Assembly (NCBI GenBank): GCA_040289575.1
Contig: PSLL01000011.1
Span: forward strand, 1-11,386
Source of the DNA: Candidatus Dadabacteria bacterium
Lineage (GTDB): Bacteria; Desulfobacterota_D; UBA1144; Nemesobacterales; CSP1-2
Length of the DNA: 11,386 bases
Direction: 5' to 3'
Shown piece after piece: positions 6,835-11,386 of the stretch (positions are counted from its first letter, which is position 1; every line of letters begins with the position of its first letter). The notes under the pieces were generated by a model. The model was not told the DNA's origin. It did no database searches and saw only the letters and a program-made list of their open reading frames with translations. Both the position numbers and the translations under genes were made by a program.

Positions 6835-7017
6835 CCCCCGCGTTGGCTCATATTAAAATTCTTTGAAACATCCCACAGGCCCGATAGAAAAACTAAGAAT
6901 TATCTATGACCTGCCTATAGTGATAGAAGACCCGTATGTGGCTTCTAACAATTTGGGTTGCAATATCGCCGACGATGTGGTTAACTAAATATTTAACGAA
7001 AAAACGGAGGGGGAAAG

Positions 7018-7734
7018 ATGAATCTAAACCAAAACACAAAAATCACATATCTTGGCCATGCGACATTTAAAATTCAGTCGCCTAATGGAAAGACTGTGTT
7101 AATAGATCCATGGGTTCAGGGGAATCCTGCCTGTCCGAAGGAGCATCAAAGGTTTGATAAGATAGATATTATGGCAATAACACATGCCCACTTTGACCAT
7201 ATAGGCGATGCCGTTGCGATTGGGAAAGAGTATAAACCCAAGGTTTTGGGGATTTATGAGACATGCGTATGGGTTAATTCAAAAGGGGTTCAGGCGATTA
7301 TGCCTATGAATAAGGGCGGCACGCAGGAAGTAGATGGAATTAAGTTTACAATGGTGCACGCCGACCACAGCTGTGGGATTCAGGATGATGAGGGAAGGAT
7401 TATATATGGCGGCGAAGCTGTGGGCTATGTCATAGAATTTGAAAATGGGTTTAAGATATACCACGCAGGGGATACGGCGGTATTCAGCGATATGAAGCTC
7501 ATTGCCGAGATATACAAGCCTGAGCTTGTTATGATTCCGATCGGAGATTTGTTTACGATGTCTCCAAAGGAGGCTGCTTATGCTTGCCGTTTCCTCTCCC
7601 CTAAGTATGTGATCCCTATGCACTACGCCACGTTTCCCGTTTTAACCGGAACCCCTGCGCAACTAAGAGAACTCACGAGTGATATTAAAGGTATGGAAAT
7701 TATAGAACTAAAGCCTGGGGAAACGTTGAGTTAG
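7018..7734 (+). CDS. Metal-dependent hydrolase, metallo-beta-lactamase fold (UPF0173/UlaG-like)
   Basis: ITYLGHATF, LIDPW..NP, THAHFDH metal motif, MNKGG, HADHS, IYHAGDT, PIGD.FTM.P, IPMHY.TFP; SD GGAGG upstream. Confidence 0.9.
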   Translation: MNLNQNTKITYLGHATFKIQSPNGKTVLIDPWVQGNPACPKEHQRFDKIDIMAITHAHFDHIGDAVAIGKEYKPKVLGIYETCVWVNSKGVQAIMPMNKGGTQEVDGIKFTMVHADHSCGIQDDEGRIIYGGEAVGYVIEFENGFKIYHAGDTAVFSDMKLIAEIYKPELVMIPIGDLFTMSPKEAAYACRFLSPKYVIPMHYATFPVLTGTPAQLRELTSDIKGMEIIELKPGETLS

Positions 7735-7760
7735 AACCCATGTCTTATATAGTTGTCATT

Positions 7761-7786
7761 GTAGGGGTGAATCTTGTATTCGCCCT
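7761..7786 (+). repeat. GTAG-type REP-like hairpin, possibly also the terminator of the hydrolase gene
   Basis: GTAG followed by GGGTGAAT-CTTGT-ATTCGCCC (8-bp stem with one G-U pair), then TATTGTTTT; 27 nt after the stop codon. Confidence 0.5.
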
Positions 7787-7851
7787 ATTGTTTTGGGCTG
7801 CAGTTTAGAGAATTTGAATTGTAGGTTGATGAACGTTTTTAGGAGGTAAAC

Positions 7852-8670
7852 ATGGCTGAGGGGAAAAGACAATATGTTAATTACATATTTTACAAAATAG
7901 ACCCAATGTGGAGGCGGCTTTCAGATGAGGAAAGGGACAGGGGCAAAAGGGAGTTTGCCGGAGTGATAGAAGAATATTCGAAGGGGCGGTTCCCTAAAAA
8001 CCGCGATTGCGATGAACAAGAGCAATCGGATGCCATCAACCGCAAGCCTCACAGTCAAGATCAGCCGAAATCTCCTATTCGTCCCTCCGGGATCACTACC
8101 CCAGAAGCCCCGATTATGGTCTACACATATTCTACATTCGGGCTTCGTGCCGATTCAGATTTTATGATATGGAGGATAGGCTATTCCCTTGAGGGTTTTC
8201 AGGAGATGTCGTCAAAGATTGTAAATACTGCGCTTGGTAAGTATCTCCATAACACCTGGTCGTTTCTGTCTATGACTAAGCATTCAACGTATGTTGATAA
8301 GCACTTCCATGAAGGACAGGAGGGTAGAAGAGCAAGGATCGTTCCGAGTCAATCTAGATACATGTTTGTATATCCGTTTGTAAAGACGACTGACTGGTAT
8401 TTACTCCCGATGGAAGACCGCCAGAGAATGATGGATGAGCATATTCAGCTTGGACATAAGTATCCGTCTGTAAAGATAAACACATCGTATTCATTTGGAC
8501 TGGATGACCAAGAGTTTATAGTCGCCTTTGAGACCGATAAGCCGGAGGACTTTATGGAAGTAGTAATGGGGATGAGAGAGCAGGAGGGAAGGAAATATAC
8601 GCTCCGAGACACGCCAATATTTACCTGTGTCAAAAAAGACATCGGAGAAATTCTCGATATGGTGGCTTGA
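7852..8670 (+). CDS. Chlorite dismutase / coproheme decarboxylase (ChdC/HemQ) family heme-binding protein with a 43-aa insertion
   Basis: YS..GLRADSDFMIW; YPFVK..DWYLLP.EDRQRMM.EH (proximal His, ChdC-type Tyr/Lys); NTSYSFGLDDQEFIVAFE; DTPIF. The distal Arg of true chlorite dismutases is not evident. SD AGGAGG upstream. Confidence 0.88.
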   Translation: MAEGKRQYVNYIFYKIDPMWRRLSDEERDRGKREFAGVIEEYSKGRFPKNRDCDEQEQSDAINRKPHSQDQPKSPIRPSGITTPEAPIMVYTYSTFGLRADSDFMIWRIGYSLEGFQEMSSKIVNTALGKYLHNTWSFLSMTKHSTYVDKHFHEGQEGRRARIVPSQSRYMFVYPFVKTTDWYLLPMEDRQRMMDEHIQLGHKYPSVKINTSYSFGLDDQEFIVAFETDKPEDFMEVVMGMREQEGRKYTLRDTPIFTCVKKDIGEILDMVA

Positions 8671-8678
8671 ATTGAAGG

Positions 8679-9587
8679 TCAACCATATTTAAAAAGCGCG
8701 AGATATCTAAGTACTGGTCTTGGAAATCTACCTATCTGCACGGGAGAAAAGGTGCCGTCGGGAGATATGAATTCAACCTCGTAGTTGCGCTCAATCAAAG
8801 CCAGAAGAAGCGATGCGATATATGTTATTTCACGCTCTACTTCTGTTCTACTTTTAGGATTGAACTCTATCGTAATCCTTTTTGATTCATCGTCCTGAAG
8901 TTCCCGCAGCATAAGCTCCCCAATCTTAGCCGTAGTTCTCCAGTGTATAAATTTTGGATTGTCCCCTTCGTGGTAGGCTCTAATTGATCTCAGATCGCCT
9001 CCGAATCCTAAACTTTCAGACTCCTTTTCACCGAATTCCTGTTGAAACGCATCTTTATCAATTGCTAGTTTCTCAACCTTTGGATAAACGAGAACCTCTT
9101 GTTCATTGCCGAAGTCAATTCTGATCCATTTTTTAAAGAAGCCAAAGGGGAACTTGGTAAATAGAATGGCTTGGGGAAATTTATTCCATCCCCTTTTTTT
9201 GAAAAGACCCCATACGGTTAAAGTCTTTGTAACTTTGGGCGGAAGATAGGACATGAATGCCCTTCTTCCCTCTATATCGATTGTCAGGGAATAGGACGGG
9301 ATGAGAATTTTTAGGTTTCTCACCGAGAACCTAAGCGGTGTCGGTGTGAGCGCAAAAACATCTTCGAGTGGATTGATTTTTATCTCAATTCCTGAGAGAT
9401 TAATCATGGACATGATGCCCGATGTGGCGATGAAGCTCAGCATCATACCGAAAATCAGGTAAAGCAGATTATTTCCTGTATTTAGCGCGGCAAAGCCTAC
9501 AAAGAACGTAAGCCCTAAAAATGTAATTCCTTCTTTTGTAGGACGGGTTCTAGCCCAGTTATCTCTTCCGAGTTTAAGCGATTTCAT
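8679..9587 (-). CDS. DUF58-domain membrane-anchored protein (MoxR-associated family)
   Basis: PTKEG..F......GFAALNTGNNLLYL N-terminal TM hairpin, KRG.......TKFPFGFF, VLVYP, and the DUF58 signature DLRSIRAYHEGDNPKFIHWRTTAK. Confidence 0.88.
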   Translation of the reverse strand: MKSLKLGRDNWARTRPTKEGITFLGLTFFVGFAALNTGNNLLYLIFGMMLSFIATSGIMSMINLSGIEIKINPLEDVFALTPTPLRFSVRNLKILIPSYSLTIDIEGRRAFMSYLPPKVTKTLTVWGLFKKRGWNKFPQAILFTKFPFGFFKKWIRIDFGNEQEVLVYPKVEKLAIDKDAFQQEFGEKESESLGFGGDLRSIRAYHEGDNPKFIHWRTTAKIGELMLRELQDDESKRITIEFNPKSRTEVEREITYIASLLLALIERNYEVEFISPDGTFSPVQIGRFPRPVLRYLALFKYG

Positions 9588-9627
9588 TCTCTAAACTTTG
9601 GGGCAGGTTTGCCCACACAAAAATACA

Positions 9628-11223
9628 CTACTTAAGTTGAATCAGTCGGCTTAAAGATTCTATGATTGAGCCTTTAAGTCTGGAGAGGTCATTGTAAATC
9701 GCAAGAAACATGATGAAGATTAAAAATGTAAGCCCTATGCGCTGACTAATCTCCAGGGTTCTTTGGCTAAGAGGACGCCTCCGTACAGATTCTATTGCCA
9801 GATAGAGCACATGACCGCCGTCTAGCATTGGGATAGGGAAGAGATTTATAAGGCCGAGATTTACGCTAATAAAAGCCATAAATTGAAGAAGCGACGGCAA
9901 TCCGTTTTGCGCCGCTGACCCGGAGACCTTGGCGATAAATATTGGGCCTGCGATGCTCTTACCAGCCGTCCCCAGGGATATCTTCCCCATGATGAGCTTA
10001 TATATAAATGAAAATAGAAGAACCGTAATCTCACCCACCAGCCTTCCTGCTTCTTTAACTCCTTCAAAAATAGATTTAAAGAACCCATACTTTTTTATAA
10101 CCTCATCCCTGTAAGGAGTGATTCCTATTGCTCCTTTATTGCTTCCCTGCAGAGGCTCAGGAGTGATTTTGACATCGAACCGGCTGTCATCTCTCTCTAC
10201 AAGAAGAGTAATCTCTTGGTTTGCTTTTTCTTTGATAATAGATGCCATCTGATACCAGTCTGAGATCTTCGTATTGTTTATTGAGAGAATCCTATCTCCT
10301 TTTTTAAGCCCCGCCTTTTTGGCCGGGGTTCCATCTATCACACCTCCGATTTTGGCCTCAATCGGCTCTCCAATCCCTATTGCCGTAGTGCCTTCGGGAG
10401 ATGAGGTGGCTTTAAACTCGATGGTTTTTATCTCTCCATTTCTTTCGACCTTTACATTGAGAAGGGAGTCGGGGTTTGATTGGAATGCGATGTTTGCATC
10501 TCTCCAGGTTTTTAAATGTTCGCCATTTATCTCAAGTATTAAGTCTCCTTTTTGAAATCCGGCTGCGCTTGCGGCTGAATTTGGCTCTACGTATCCAATG
10601 ATGGGAGGATGTTCGAGATACGCCGGAACGGTTATGCCGAGAATAAAAACAATCGGAAGGAGAAAAAAGGGAAGAGCAAGATTCATAAAGGGGCCTGCAA
10701 CGACTATCTTAAACCTATTCCATGCGGACTGATTGGAAAAGCTCCGGTCGTATTCTTTCTCAGAAAAGATTTTCGCTCCGTCCGTATCCTTAGCTGTACC
10801 CTTGATTCTTAGTCTTTTTTCCCCCCTTTCTATAATAAATGTGTATTCCCTTTCAGGGTTTTCTTTTAGATTAAATTCAAGCTGCCTCCATCTTGGGAAT
10901 GAGGGTAAATCTATCCCGTCTATGCCGATTATCTTATCTCCGGGTTTAAATCCCCCTTTCTCCGCCAAAGAGCCGGGTGATACTTGATCTATGATAAAGT
11001 TTCCTTCGCTGCCCTCGCCATACATCTTTACGTATCCGCCCAGCGGGAGCATAGAAATCAGGTATTCTGTTTCTCCACGTCTAAATCCTAGGATTTTCCT
11101 TCCAAATCCCAGAGAGAACTTCTCTACCCTTACCTTGTTCCATTTTGCCACAAGGAAATGGCCAAGTTCATGGACAAAGACTAAGACTCCTATTACAAAA
11201 ATAAATGCTAAGAACACGGTCAT
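9628..11223 (-). CDS. rseP: RIP metalloprotease RseP (M50B site-2 protease) with three PDZ-like domains
   Basis: HELGH zinc motif, FSLGFG, LPLGGYVKM, AGPFMN, two tandem PDZ domains, AGPIFI, NLFPIPMLDGGH; downstream of dxr as in the conserved dxr-rseP order; SD AGGAG. Confidence 0.95.
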   Translation of the reverse strand: MTVFLAFIFVIGVLVFVHELGHFLVAKWNKVRVEKFSLGFGRKILGFRRGETEYLISMLPLGGYVKMYGEGSEGNFIIDQVSPGSLAEKGGFKPGDKIIGIDGIDLPSFPRWRQLEFNLKENPEREYTFIIERGEKRLRIKGTAKDTDGAKIFSEKEYDRSFSNQSAWNRFKIVVAGPFMNLALPFFLLPIVFILGITVPAYLEHPPIIGYVEPNSAASAAGFQKGDLILEINGEHLKTWRDANIAFQSNPDSLLNVKVERNGEIKTIEFKATSSPEGTTAIGIGEPIEAKIGGVIDGTPAKKAGLKKGDRILSINNTKISDWYQMASIIKEKANQEITLLVERDDSRFDVKITPEPLQGSNKGAIGITPYRDEVIKKYGFFKSIFEGVKEAGRLVGEITVLLFSFIYKLIMGKISLGTAGKSIAGPIFIAKVSGSAAQNGLPSLLQFMAFISVNLGLINLFPIPMLDGGHVLYLAIESVRRRPLSQRTLEISQRIGLTFLIFIMFLAIYNDLSRLKGSIIESLSRLIQLK

Positions 11224-11247
11224 GTTTCTTTTTCTCCTGATCTGTAA

Positions 11248-11386
11248 TTATGCTATTAACGATTTTGCGGCTCTTCTTGCCCAAGCGTCGCTCTCTAGAA
11301 TCTCTTCAAGTGCATCACCCGGAAGGATTTTATGCGTTTCCATTACCCGGTTTACTATATTTAGAATTTCTGTAAATTTTAGTTTC
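11248..11386 (-). CDS. dxr: 1-deoxy-D-xylulose 5-phosphate reductoisomerase, 3' end only (runs off the window; not in the ORF track)
   Basis: Manual translation KLKFTEILNIVNRVMETHKILPGDALEEILESDAWARRAAKSLIA* matches the Dxr C-terminal pattern (F..I......H......LEEI...D.WAR); sits immediately upstream of rseP. Confidence 0.85.
   Translation of the reverse strand, partial: KLKFTEILNIVNRVMETHKILPGDALEEILESDAWARRAAKSLIA

Noticed and set aside
7852..8670. Calling the heme protein a true chlorite dismutase
   Set aside because: No signal peptide and no evident distal Arg; the YPFVK motif fits coproheme decarboxylase-like members better, so only the family is called.
160..10987. Short ORFs antisense to or nested within the called genes (e.g. 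160-384, 920-1222, 3109-3354, 3482-3736, 7279-7623, 9861-10088, 10274-10555)
   Set aside because: Shadow frames of well-supported genes with no recognisable motifs.
1..11386. CRISPR array, tRNA/rRNA, transposase, prophage or defence system
   Set aside because: No regularly spaced repeats, cloverleaf-like sequences, or recognisable mobile or defence proteins were seen.

Overview
Bacterial chromosomal window, moderately AT-rich, with no rRNA, tRNA, CRISPR array or transposase visible. It is mostly envelope and housekeeping genes: an atypical stand-alone NarL-type receiver protein, mltG, a RavA/MoxR-type AAA+ ATPase fused to a VWA domain, a rhomboid protease, a degenerate KdsC-like HAD protein, an M23 peptidase-bactofilin pair, a UPF0173-type metallo-beta-lactamase-fold hydrolase, a ChdC/chlorite-dismutase-family heme protein, a DUF58 protein, rseP and the 3' end of dxr. 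The most interesting signal is the AAA-VWA fusion. It has an A9 run exactly at the end of the AAA module, an SD-like GAGG 11 nt upstream, and nearby stops in both shifted frames. This makes it a candidate one-gene/two-subunit recoding system. Other points: two genes whose best start codons are one base out of frame (one at a G_GGA_AAA heptamer), a 129-nt structured in-frame insertion in the ChdC-like gene, an extra PDZ domain in RseP, two probable pseudo-active-site proteins, and a sigma54-like promoter/enhancer/leader arrangement. All calls come from reading the sequence and recalling family motifs; no searches were run.
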